A stretch of 64,000 nucleotides of DNA. It comes from Candidatus Forterrea multitransposorum CG_2015-17_Forterrea_25_41 (lineage in GTDB: Archaea; Iainarchaeota; Iainarchaeia; Iainarchaeales; CSSED10-239). Where the stretch lies: the NCBI GenBank assembly GCA_009392915.1, contig CP045477.1:480001-544000 (forward strand), given 5' to 3'. The notes below the pieces were generated by a model. The model made no database searches. It saw only the letters and a list, made by a program, of their open reading frames with translations, and was not told where the DNA came from. The position numbers and the translations under genes were made by a program. Shown piece by piece: positions 1 to 9,435 of this stretch; within the stretch, counting starts at the first letter, position 1; each line of letters starts with the position of its first letter.

Positions 1-1247
1 CCCAGGAATAATTAGATACTCCAGAAACTGCATTACTTACAGAAGAATTAAAACTTATTGTTTGACCAGTATCATAATTTGTACCAGTTGTTGGAGAAGT
101 AACACTTACAGCTAAAGGATCACTAATTAAAATATTACTAACAGTATCAGAATAAACTTGATTAATAGGAGAAGGTCTTGAAGCATCTGTAACTAAAACT
201 CTAAACTCATAAGTCCCACCTGTTGCAAAACCATTTGTTGTAGTATAACTATTAGAACCAAAGTTAGTCCAACCAGTACTGTTTCTATTATACTGCCATT
301 GATAAGATTTAGTACCAATTGCATTTGAAACACCTACATCAAATATTATTCCTTCACTAAGATTATAAACATCACTTGCATCAGGAGTATAAATAGTTGC
401 TGTTAATGGAAGAACAACTGTAAAATCTTCACTTGAAGTTGAAATATCTCCAGTTCCAGAATCTGTTACTTTATAATAAATAGTATAGCTTCCTGTTGAA
501 GATAAAGTTTGAGATAAAGAAGCACAATTAGTACCAACTGCAGTATTAGTATCATTTGAGTTTAATATCCATTCACAAGAAACTGTTGAAACATTATTAT
601 CATAATTTCCAGTAAATGAAATTGTTTCATTATTATTCCAAGTAGTTCTTGACATTGTAATACTTGAAGATAACAAATCTAAAATATTTATTCCAATTGT
701 TTGAGAATCACTTGAAGAATCAAAATCATCTAAAGTATCTAATTTAATTGAATAATCATTAAATACTGAAAAAGAATAACTTGTATTACAATCAGTACTA
801 AAAGATGTAAATGATGGTAAGTCAGCTCTCTTATGACTCCAATTACAAGTTACATTTCCAACATTATTACTATATGAAGAATTAAAATTAATTGTTTTTG
901 TAACATTATAATTTGATTCTTCTGTTGGATTTAATATTGTTGATGAAAAATCATCAAAAATTTCAACAAATAAATCATCACTAAAAGTTCCTTCATCATC
1001 ATTTGCAATTACTAAAATTTCATAAATTCCAGGAGTTGTAAAAGTATAAGAAATATCACACAAGGTATCTGAAGGATTCATTCTTACTTGTGATCCACCT
1101 GCAATTGTATGATACCATTCACAAGAAACACTTCCTCTTTGATAAAGTGTATCAGTTTCAAAAGAAACAGAAGTGTTTACTCTGAATGAATCAAAATTTG
1201 TAACATTTGAAAAGAAAATTTAAGAAGATGGAAGTTCTACAGCACAT
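1..1247 (-). CDS. Partial (runs off window start) secreted/surface protein with repeated PKD/Ig-like domains (repeated C-x-W ... HTY..PG.Y.V.V.D..G motifs), Asn/Thr/Ser rich
   Basis: Hand translation of the minus strand from ATG at 1247 gives an open frame to position 1. Motifs such as VSCEWYH...YTFTTPGIYEILVIANDDEG recur and match the PKD-domain consensus. Not in the ORF track because it is open-ended. Overlaps the stop of the upstream ORF by 28 nt. Confidence 0.45.
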
Positions 1248-1744
1248 TTTCTTAAATCAATTGTTTTTTTAGGACAAGTAGAGTTTGATAAAGTAAAAAC
1301 CTTTAAATCTAAAGGATCAATTATTTCTCCAGAATCAACATTAATATCAGAATTTACAATTGTAAAATCAGTTGTTGATTTTAATTTTTTAATTTCTCCA
1401 GATAAAATAGGATTATCAAAATTACCATACATTTTTAGAACATTTGAAGAATTTTGAGAAGTTCCTTGAATATTTAAAGAAAGATTATAAAAATCAATAG
1501 GGGTTGGGTTTCTTAATAAAACTTCAATATTTCCAGTAGTTGAATCAAGATTACAAGATTCTACAACTAAATTATACTTAATACAATCCATTCTAGAAAC
1601 TTCTTGTAATTGATCTTGTGAAACATCTAATTTTTCTCTAACAGATGTTTTTGACCAAGATAAAAATCCTGCAACTAAAACAGCTGTTACCAAGATTAAT
1701 AAAACTACAGAAATTATTGCCGAAATTGATTTTTTTCTATTCAT
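1220..1744 (-). CDS. Pilin-like protein: N-terminal positively charged segment followed by a hydrophobic helix (class III/type IV pilin-like signal), then a Cys-containing extracellular domain
   Basis: N-terminus MNRKKSISAIISVVLLILVTAVLVAGF resembles archaeal prepilin signal peptides (KK-S/A followed by a hydrophobic stretch). Sits in an operon with a prepilin peptidase and FlaI/FlaJ-like genes. Confidence 0.4.
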   Translation of the reverse strand: MNRKKSISAIISVVLLILVTAVLVAGFLSWSKTSVREKLDVSQDQLQEVSRMDCIKYNLVVESCNLDSTTGNIEVLLRNPTPIDFYNLSLNIQGTSQNSSNVLKMYGNFDNPILSGEIKKLKSTTDFTIVNSDINVDSGEIIDPLDLKVFTLSNSTCPKKTIDLRKCAVELPSS

Positions 1745-1830
1745 AAATATCTTTTTTAAAATATAATATAATTATAGATATTATAGAAACTATTTTAAAG
1801 GTATCTTTATTCTTTTAAAAAAATAAATAT

Positions 1831-2172
1831 TTAAAAAGAAATAATATCATTTATTTTTATAAAAGAAATATCTGTTTCAATTGGAAGTTCAATTATATAT
1901 TTAGCTTTCTTTTTTGGAGAATAAAAAGTAAAAGGTCTTAATCTTTTTTTAATATCAATAACTTTTTTATTTGAATCTAGAAAAAGAACATTTATTGAAT
2001 AGAAAACAAAAAGCATATGAATTGAAGAGCCTACAATAGATTCATATTCTCTTTTAAAAATAAGACCAAAATCAAATTTCTTTCTTGGAAAAAACATAAG
2101 TCCAAGTCCTTGTTTTAAAGGAGAAATTATTTTCTTTTTTTTAATTATTATTTTATTATTAACTTTTATCAA
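1831..2172 (-). CDS. DUF192 (COG1430) family protein
   Basis: Motifs GLMFFPRKK...FGLIF...IHMLFV...IDVLFLDSNKKV...AKYIIELP match the DUF192 signature (GLMfr...GMLF...M.nt..plDi.F.d..g.V...YvLEl). Confidence 0.5.
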   Translation of the reverse strand: MIKVNNKIIIKKKKIISPLKQGLGLMFFPRKKFDFGLIFKREYESIVGSSIHMLFVFYSINVLFLDSNKKVIDIKKRLRPFTFYSPKKKAKYIIELPIETDISFIKINDIISF

Positions 2173-2178
2173 AAATAA

Positions 2179-3330
2179 TCACACTTTTTTTTTTAAACTT
2201 ACCCTATATAAAATAACAAAATCAATATCAGATTTTCTAATCTCAAAATCAAAAAATACAGCATCTGGTACAAAAATAGCATACTCTGCACAAGAAAGAC
2301 CACATTCACTTTGATCAAAAGGTAAAAAATATAGATTATTACTATATGTTTTATCTAGAATATATTTAGAACTAATAGATTTTAAAGCAATGACTTCAGA
2401 AATATTTACTTGTTCTAGCTGATTACGATTCATATAGGTAATAGTGTCAATTAAAACACTCTCAGCATCTGGTTTTGGAACAGCAATTTGAAAGATTAAA
2501 ATTGTAAATATAAAAAATATGAAAATATATTTGATAAAATTAAAACTACTTTCTTCTTTTATTGCAAACATTATAAAAGAAATAAAGATAGAAAGAACAA
2601 TTGCCATATAAAGAAGGAAATTATCAAAAAATATTCTTGTTATTAAATCTTGATCTGCATACCATAAAAAATTATTACCTAGTATAATATTTATGAATAA
2701 AATTACAACTAAAAAGATTACAAATAAAACAATGGATAAATAATATAAATTTAAAAAATATTTTTTCTTTTGTGTTTCTTCTTTAAAAATAGAAATATCT
2801 TTTGAAATATTTAAAAGAACTCTATCAAGAGGTATAGAACTTTCTTTAAAAGTCTTTAACAATATTAAAGTGTGAGTGATTATTGGACTTTTAATAGTCT
2901 CATTAATACCTGATAAAGCATTTTCAAAATCATCTCCCCAAGAAACTCTATTTGCTATTCTTTTTATTTCTGTATCAATTGAACCATAAACATTTGATGT
3001 TGTGATATTGTTTAATGATATTGATAAATTATTTGTAGATTTATACTCTCTCGATAAATCTTGTAAAAAGAATGTAAAAGAAGTTTCAATTGCTTTCTTT
3101 TTAAAGTGTTTTAAAACATATTCTAAAACAAAACCTAAAAAACTTACGAAAAAACCAAAAAAGAAAACTGCATAGTATAATTCAGTATGAAGAAAATATT
3201 TATTTGATAAATGAACAATTAAAAGACCAGATAAAATACTTGCAAGAATTAATATTTGGTATTCATAATTATAAATTAATAGTTTTAATTTAATATTCAT
3301 TTTATCTAAAAATTTATTTTTTTCTATCAT
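2179..3330 (-). CDS. FlaJ/TadC/GspF-family (T2SS-F domain) polytopic membrane protein of type IV pilus/archaellum-like machinery
   Basis: Architecture is TM helices, then a cytoplasmic helical domain (…SREYKSTNNLSISLNNI…IKRIANRVSWGDDFENAL…), then TM helices. Adjacent to the FlaI-like gene. Confidence 0.5.
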   Translation of the reverse strand: MIEKNKFLDKMNIKLKLLIYNYEYQILILASILSGLLIVHLSNKYFLHTELYYAVFFFGFFVSFLGFVLEYVLKHFKKKAIETSFTFFLQDLSREYKSTNNLSISLNNITTSNVYGSIDTEIKRIANRVSWGDDFENALSGINETIKSPIITHTLILLKTFKESSIPLDRVLLNISKDISIFKEETQKKKYFLNLYYLSIVLFVIFLVVILFINIILGNNFLWYADQDLITRIFFDNFLLYMAIVLSIFISFIMFAIKEESSFNFIKYIFIFFIFTILIFQIAVPKPDAESVLIDTITYMNRNQLEQVNISEVIALKSISSKYILDKTYSNNLYFLPFDQSECGLSCAEYAIFVPDAVFFDFEIRKSDIDFVILYRVSLKKKV

Positions 3331-3346
3331 TTAAAAATCAATCTCT

Positions 3347-4189
3347 TCATTTATATAAAATCCCAATTAATACAAATTCAATTACTGCAAATATTATTGA
3401 AAAAATCAACAATGATTCTTTTAATAAAAAATAATCTGTAAAAGTTATAAAAAATATTATTAAAATAACAATAAAAAAGAAAAATAAAAATATTGACATT
3501 AAAAATAAAATATTAATTCTACTTTTCTTTTGTTCACTTAACTCTCTTTTAGATTGTTCTAAATTAGTTAAGAAATCAAGAATAACTTGATTTAAGTCTT
3601 CTTTTTGATCAATAACTTCAATTAATTTTCTAAAGAAGTTTTTTTCAACTTCAGAATATGTTTCAGAAATTATTGATTTAAAAGTATCTTTAAGATTATG
3701 ATTTCTTTTATTTAAAGCAATTATTTTCTTTGCTTCTCTGCTTAATATATCATTATTTTCTAAGTTTTCAAAAACATTCAATACATCTTTAATAGTTAGA
3801 TTTTCATCTCTTAAAACAGATAAATGTTTTATAGATCTTTGAAATTCACTACCAATTTCTTTTTTTATATTATTTAAAATAAAAAAAGGATATTTAAATA
3901 AAAGTAAAAAAATCATAAAAGCAAAAGTAAAAGAAATAAAAATAGTTATAAAAAAACTAAAAAGATTAAACAATATTCCAAGTCTAATCATTAAATAAAT
4001 AAAAGCAAACTCTATAACTATTAAAAAAAATATAGAAATAAAAGAAATATTTGAAATATAACTAATAGAATCTTCATTGATACCAGTATATTCTAAAACT
4101 CTATCAAAATTTTTAAAAGTACCTTTAAATTGCATAACAATATCTTTTAAGAAAAATAAAGATATACTTGTTAAGAATTTACTAAACAT
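3347..4189 (-). CDS. FlaJ/TadC/GspF-family (T2SS-F domain) membrane protein, second half-size paralogue
   Basis: Two N-terminal TM helices, a cytoplasmic helical domain (SEFQRSIKHLSVLRDENLTIKDVL…) and C-terminal TM helices. Together with 2179..3330 this resembles a split FlaJ. Confidence 0.45.
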   Translation of the reverse strand: MFSKFLTSISLFFLKDIVMQFKGTFKNFDRVLEYTGINEDSISYISNISFISIFFLIVIEFAFIYLMIRLGILFNLFSFFITIFISFTFAFMIFLLLFKYPFFILNNIKKEIGSEFQRSIKHLSVLRDENLTIKDVLNVFENLENNDILSREAKKIIALNKRNHNLKDTFKSIISETYSEVEKNFFRKLIEVIDQKEDLNQVILDFLTNLEQSKRELSEQKKSRINILFLMSIFLFFFFIVILIIFFITFTDYFLLKESLLIFSIIFAVIEFVLIGILYK

Positions 4190-4196
4190 ATTTTTT

Positions 4197-7100
4197 TCAC
4201 TTTATATCGAGTCTTTTAAACAACTCGTCCTTTTCATAATTATATTGAGAGATAATACTATTAAAATCTTTGTAATTGTATACTTTTGAATCCTTCATCC
4301 ATCTCATAAGTTTCTTTTTCTTTAAAAAATCAACAACATTTATTGAAGAAGATAAAAGATTAATATTGTATTTATTTTCGGATATTTCTAAATCTACAAC
4401 TACACTTTCATTTTTATTAATTATTTCTTTAATATTTACAATTTGATAAGTTTCTTTAAAACCTTGTTTAATTCTTTTAATTTCTATTAGAATAGATTTT
4501 TGATTAACCATTTTTAATTGTTCAATAAATTTATCAGCAACATTTGGTTTTATTGAAAAGATATTTAAGTTATACCAAGAAACATCAAAAATATCTTCTC
4601 CAAACTCATCAATTGCAATAATATCTGGTTTCTGAGAAATTGTTTGTTCAATAATTAAACGTTTACTTAAATCTGCATTATTTGTAAAAATTCTATTAAT
4701 CCATTCTTTTTGAGGAAGTTTAAATCTATCGTATGCCTGAACAGTTATAATTTTCTGATCAGGATAAAATAAAAGTATAGAATTATAAATTACAAAAGAA
4801 TCATCAACATCATGTAAAATAACTTTATAGTTTTCTGAAATTGCAGACCAGATATATGAAAATACATCTACAGAACCAATAGATGTATTAACTAAAGCAA
4901 CAGGTGTTAATGGTTCATCAAGATATTTTTTAATTACAAAAGAAGAACCTTTACTACTAGTATCTCCTAAAGAATAAAGACCTTCAACTTTATAACCATT
5001 AGGTAAATATCCATCAATCACAGGATGTTCTGGAGTTATATAGATACCCATATTTTTAGTTAAAATAGTTACAAAGTTATTTAACTCAATAATATCTTTA
5101 AAACTAATATTTGTTTTTAAAACACCATACTCTACATGGTAAACTATAAGATTTGATTTTTCACCAGAACAACTAACTTCAATTATTTTTTTATCAAGTA
5201 AAAGATTAGTTAAAATACCTAACCCAAAAAATTCTCTTTGAATAAATTTAAGATAAAGTTTTTGTTGTAATTTACCTAAACTATAAGATAATTTTTCAAC
5301 AGAAATATCAAATATTTTTTGAATATATTTATCAAGACTATGTTTATCTCCATTAAAAGAATAATAGTTTTTATCGATTGTATTAAAAAATACTTTTTTT
5401 AATTGAATATATTCTTTTTCTTGTTCACTATTAAGTTCTGGTTGTACTAAATTATAGAAAAGACCTTTAGTATTATCATAATGTATTGTAACATATGTAA
5501 AATCATCTATAGAATATTTATCAAAAATATTTTTTATATTTTCTTCAAATGAAGCAATAGGATCTTGATACACTAAAGAAGAAAATAGAGAATTGTCAGA
5601 AGATAATTTTTCTTGATATATTTCTTTATTTATTTTAACAGGATTTTTTCCAGCATCTTTTGGAAGGATATAATCCATACCTTTTTCTCTTAAGTCTTTA
5701 AATTTTTCTGCAATTAAATCATTTTTAACTTTCGGAGTTAATTTTACTTCTTTGATAATTTTAATTTCTTGTTCTTTTGGTAATGATTCTTTTTTAATTG
5801 TTTTAGATATTTTTTCATCATCATTATCTTCATCAGAATAATTCTCTTTTGAAGTAACTTTTTCTTCTCTTATAGAAGGAGAAATATATTTTTTATTTTT
5901 GTTTGAAATTTTAGATTTATCTTTTTTATTTTTAGGAGAAGAAATTTCTCTCATACCTTTATATATTCTTTCATCATCTTCTTTAGATAAATCAACATCA
6001 GAAAATACTTTTTTAACATCTTCTTCATCTTTATCTATTTTCTCATTTAAAACATTAACATCAAATTTTTCTTTTTCTTTTTCTTCTAAAGTTTTTGATT
6101 TTTTTAATTTAGAAATATTATTTTCAATTTCAGAATTTAATTTTACTTGATTATTATCAATTACAAAATTTGGTGTTTTTTCAGAAGATTCATTTGTTTT
6201 AATTTCAGAAGATAAAGAAGAATCTTCATTTAAAACTTTTAAATCATTTTTTGAATCTTTATCATATACAGAAAACTTATCTTCAACAGTGTTAGATAAA
6301 TCTTTAACATCATCTTCAATTGCAAAAATATCTGGAACTTCAATTTCTTCAAATAAACCATTAGCCTCACCTAAAGAAGAATTATTTAAATGAGAACTAG
6401 AATTTTTAGAATCTATTTCTAAATTACCTGTGTTTTTAGGAAAATCATTTGAATTTGCTAAAGTTTCTTTATTTTGAGAATCTTTATTTTTATTTACAGA
6501 TAAATGATCTATTTTTGAATATAAATTTTTAACATCATACTTTGGAAAATCAATTTTACTTTTTTTAGGTTTATCATCTAAAAAAGAAAATGATTCTAAA
6601 TAAACTTCTTGATCAAGTTTACTTGCTTTTTTATTTAATTGATCTAATAAATCATCTACATTTTCATTTTTTGATTTTACTTCTGAAAAAATATCATTTG
6701 ATTCTTTACTTTCAGAATATTCTTTTGGTTTAGATACATTTTCTAAAATATCTTTCAAAAGAGACATGGTTTTTTTATTATTATTTGATTCATCAAAATT
6801 TATTTCTTTTTTAATTGAATTATCAATATGATCTATTTTAGGCTCACTTATTAAAAATGAATTTGAAGGTTTTATTTTTTTTTCAGAAGATGAATCCGAA
6901 AGTAGTAGTTCATGAGATGAATCAGGGAGTAATAATTCATTATTAATTTTTGATGAAATTAATTTATTAGATGTTGATTTTTTATCAACTTTATCTAAAG
7001 GAACTTCTTTTTTAAAAATATTAGAATTATCAACCTTATCTAAAGGAACTTCTTTTTTAGAAATATTAGAATTATCAACTTTATCTAAAGGAACTTCTTT

Positions 7101-7547
7101 TTTAGAAATATTAGAATTATCAACTTTATCTAAAGGAACTTCTTTTTTAGAAATATTAGAATTATCAACTTTATCTAAAGGAACTTCTTTTTTAGAAATA
7201 TCTAAATTATCAACTTTATCTAAAAGAATCTTTTTTTTTCTAAAAGGATTAAAATCTTTATATTTTTCTTCAATATCAGAAGTGTCAACTTTTAAGTTTA
7301 CTTTCTTAACATCATTATAATTTTTATTTAAAGAAAAATCATCTTTTTTAGTTTCTGGTAAAACTACATCAAATTTTTGTAATTTTTTAGAATTACTATT
7401 ATTTTTTAAAGAACTATCAATTTTATCTTCTTTTAAAGAACTATCAAATTTATTATTTTTTACAGAATCTGAAGCTTTAGATATAGATTTAGATAGAGGA
7501 ATTCTTTTAATAACCTTAAAACCAGAAAAATTATCCTCTCCACCCAT
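4197..7547 (-). CDS. FlaI/ArlI/VirB11-family secretion-ATPase homologue with degenerate Walker A (predicted catalytically inactive), fused to a ~630-aa low-complexity Lys/Asp/Ser-rich N-terminal extension containing 15-aa tandem repeats
   Basis: The C-terminal ~480 aa align by eye to FlaI: YVTIHYD…LVQPELNSEQEKEY, IEVSCSGEKSNLIVYHVEYGVLKTNISF, KGSSFVIKKYLDEPLTPV, YIWSAISEN. Where FlaI has GETASGKTT the sequence reads HDVDDSFVIY, and the His-box region is also lost. A Walker B-like PDIIAIDEFGE remains. Confidence 0.6.
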   Translation of the reverse strand: MGGEDNFSGFKVIKRIPLSKSISKASDSVKNNKFDSSLKEDKIDSSLKNNSNSKKLQKFDVVLPETKKDDFSLNKNYNDVKKVNLKVDTSDIEEKYKDFNPFRKKKILLDKVDNLDISKKEVPLDKVDNSNISKKEVPLDKVDNSNISKKEVPLDKVDNSNISKKEVPLDKVDNSNIFKKEVPLDKVDKKSTSNKLISSKINNELLLPDSSHELLLSDSSSEKKIKPSNSFLISEPKIDHIDNSIKKEINFDESNNNKKTMSLLKDILENVSKPKEYSESKESNDIFSEVKSKNENVDDLLDQLNKKASKLDQEVYLESFSFLDDKPKKSKIDFPKYDVKNLYSKIDHLSVNKNKDSQNKETLANSNDFPKNTGNLEIDSKNSSSHLNNSSLGEANGLFEEIEVPDIFAIEDDVKDLSNTVEDKFSVYDKDSKNDLKVLNEDSSLSSEIKTNESSEKTPNFVIDNNQVKLNSEIENNISKLKKSKTLEEKEKEKFDVNVLNEKIDKDEEDVKKVFSDVDLSKEDDERIYKGMREISSPKNKKDKSKISNKNKKYISPSIREEKVTSKENYSDEDNDDEKISKTIKKESLPKEQEIKIIKEVKLTPKVKNDLIAEKFKDLREKGMDYILPKDAGKNPVKINKEIYQEKLSSDNSLFSSLVYQDPIASFEENIKNIFDKYSIDDFTYVTIHYDNTKGLFYNLVQPELNSEQEKEYIQLKKVFFNTIDKNYYSFNGDKHSLDKYIQKIFDISVEKLSYSLGKLQQKLYLKFIQREFFGLGILTNLLLDKKIIEVSCSGEKSNLIVYHVEYGVLKTNISFKDIIELNNFVTILTKNMGIYITPEHPVIDGYLPNGYKVEGLYSLGDTSSKGSSFVIKKYLDEPLTPVALVNTSIGSVDVFSYIWSAISENYKVILHDVDDSFVIYNSILLFYPDQKIITVQAYDRFKLPQKEWINRIFTNNADLSKRLIIEQTISQKPDIIAIDEFGEDIFDVSWYNLNIFSIKPNVADKFIEQLKMVNQKSILIEIKRIKQGFKETYQIVNIKEIINKNESVVVDLEISENKYNINLLSSSINVVDFLKKKKLMRWMKDSKVYNYKDFNSIISQYNYEKDELFKRLDIK
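6983..7231 (-). repeat. Coding tandem repeat, 45-nt unit x ~5.5 (encodes KKEVPLDKVDNSNIS repeats) inside the FlaI-like gene
   Basis: Near-identical units ttatcaactttatctaaaggaacttcttttttagaaatattagaa repeat head-to-tail with a few substitutions. Confidence 0.85.
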
Positions 7548-7630
7548 AAATATGCCTTCTTTAAAATATATTTTAATATATAGATATTAGTTCATTAGAT
7601 TTATAAATCTTTAGATATTTTTTAATAGCT

Positions 7631-8362
7631 TCAAATAACAAAAGAAATAATTTTTGGAATAATTTCAAAAACATATAAAAGAATTAGAAAGATATAACTT
7701 ACTAGGATTAATATAATAAATGGAATTAAAGGAGAAAACCACACCTTAGAAATATTATGATTTTTAGCAATAACTTTAATTTTTTTAATTTCATTTTCTG
7801 GTTCAATATTTGGCATAAAAACAATTTTTGAAATTAATTTATTATTTTCTACATACAATTTTTCTAAAGGAGTATAAAAATTATTTACTTTTTTTAAAGA
7901 TAAAGGAACCCCTAAAAACATTAGATATAATGATTTAAAAAAATTATATTTAGGAAAATTTCTTGAAAATAAATTATATAAAAATAAGAAAACAGGTATA
8001 AGTAAAGTTAAAACTAAAGCAAAAAAGAAAATAAACATTGGAAAATATATATCAAAAATATTTGTAAATGATATTGCAAAAATAGTATAAAGATCCCCTT
8101 CTCCTATATATGTAAAATAACTAATCTTTCCTAAAACATAAAAAATTAATAAAAATATAAAACTTACAGCAAGTTGTATTAAATAACCTTTCCATAAAAT
8201 AAAATCTGTTTTAAAAACAAAAATACCTAAATAAAGAATACTAAAGATGGCTAAGAAAAATAAAGACATTATATTTATTTCTCTATACTTAATATCTTGA
8301 TAAGTTACATACAATAAAATAATTATAGAAAAAATAATTATTGGTAAATAAATATAATCCAT
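7631..8362 (-). CDS. Archaeal prepilin/preflagellin peptidase (A24 family, FlaK/PibD-like)
   Basis: Polytopic membrane protein with the two catalytic Asp motifs, TYQDIKYREI and IGEGDLY (GxGD-like). Confidence 0.55.
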   Translation of the reverse strand: MDYIYLPIIIFSIIILLYVTYQDIKYREINIMSLFFLAIFSILYLGIFVFKTDFILWKGYLIQLAVSFIFLLIFYVLGKISYFTYIGEGDLYTIFAISFTNIFDIYFPMFIFFFALVLTLLIPVFLFLYNLFSRNFPKYNFFKSLYLMFLGVPLSLKKVNNFYTPLEKLYVENNKLISKIVFMPNIEPENEIKKIKVIAKNHNISKVWFSPLIPFIILILVSYIFLILLYVFEIIPKIISFVI

Positions 8363-8369
8363 AAGTTAT

Positions 8370-9281
8370 CTATATTGATCTTTTTGTAAGATACATTAAA
8401 TCTTTATAAGCTTTAACTTTTGTTTTTCTTGCAGTTGATCTTTCAAAAAGATTATCAGTATAATTTCCAGGAGGTCCTACTGATTTAATTTTTTTATTTT
8501 TAATTTTATTTAAAAGAATCTTATTCTTTAAATTATCATCATCTTTATCAAAAAAAGAAGTATTTAGATCAATTGTTAAAATACCACTACCAATCTCAGA
8601 AACATTATAACTTCCAGAACCAGCTGTAATATAGTTTGACATTTTACCAAGCTTAATTGCTGCTTCAAATTTATAAACAACATCATAACTTTTTTGATCA
8701 ATTTTATGAGTTAAATATTCACTAAAACTTGAAAGTCCTAAAGTCTTAAAAAACCTATGAAGCTCTAAATAATCTAAAATATGTCTTAATTTTCTTAAGA
8801 AAAAAGAATCATGCATATAATAAGATAAATACCCAATTGTTCCAGTATATGCTTCAACACCAATTTTTTTTTCTTTAATAATTTTTTCTAATTTATCAAG
8901 TCCTAAAATATAAGTTGCAGAATTTGATATAAGTCCAAAAGGATGTGCAATTGTTATTAAATATCTTTTTTTATAACAAAAATCAATTAATCTTTTAAGA
9001 GAAACTTTATCTTCATAAAGTATAGAATAATTATAAATACTAGCATCTTCAGAAAAAACTAAAACTTCTCCAGAATCAGTTAATATTTTAATACCTGGAA
9101 TTAATAATTTATCTTTTGGTTTAAATTTTAAAAGTTCAAAATATGCTTTTCTAGGATCTAAATAATTATATTCAGTTATAGCTGTACCTAAAAGATTATT
9201 TTCAGAAACTACTTTCCAATATTTTTTTGCAGACTCTTTATTTTTAAAAAGATGAGTATGCATGTCAATATTATATAACAT
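8370..9281 (-). CDS. PHP-domain metal-dependent phosphoesterase
   Basis: N-terminal IDMHTH and internal IAHP motifs are typical of PHP-family hydrolases. Confidence 0.45.
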   Translation of the reverse strand: MLYNIDMHTHLFKNKESAKKYWKVVSENNLLGTAITEYNYLDPRKAYFELLKFKPKDKLLIPGIKILTDSGEVLVFSEDASIYNYSILYEDKVSLKRLIDFCYKKRYLITIAHPFGLISNSATYILGLDKLEKIIKEKKIGVEAYTGTIGYLSYYMHDSFFLRKLRHILDYLELHRFFKTLGLSSFSEYLTHKIDQKSYDVVYKFEAAIKLGKMSNYITAGSGSYNVSEIGSGILTIDLNTSFFDKDDDNLKNKILLNKIKNKKIKSVGPPGNYTDNLFERSTARKTKVKAYKDLMYLTKRSI

Positions 9282-9435
9282 ATATTAATATATGAACCTA
9301 TTAATATATATTTATTTTGCTTATATAATATATTACTTATGATGATTATTTAAAAATTTATATAAAAAATTACTATTTAAAATAATTTTTAAAAAAAAAT
9401 ATTAATTTTAAAAAAAACAAGGATGTGAATAAAAA

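Noticed and set aside
5899-6150. Short antisense or embedded ORFs from the track, also including 4077..4289, 9632..9814, 10575..10775, 10831..11031, 13114..13341, 15027..15359, 18173..18833, 23426..23686, 24920..25120, 27600..27797, 28913..29212, 34957..35286, 37325..37801, 42680..42937, 43857..44114, 52076..52727, 55377..55616, 58573..58806 and 61640..61894
   Set aside because: Each is fully nested in or antisense to a longer, motif-supported gene. They have low-complexity Phe/Leu/Ser/Lys composition typical of AT-rich noise.
6983-7231. Possible CRISPR array (regularly spaced direct repeats)
   Set aside because: The 45-nt units are directly adjacent with no spacers, in frame within a long ORF. 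The 162-nt repeats at 50890..52330 are likewise coding. No repeat-spacer structure exists anywhere in the window.
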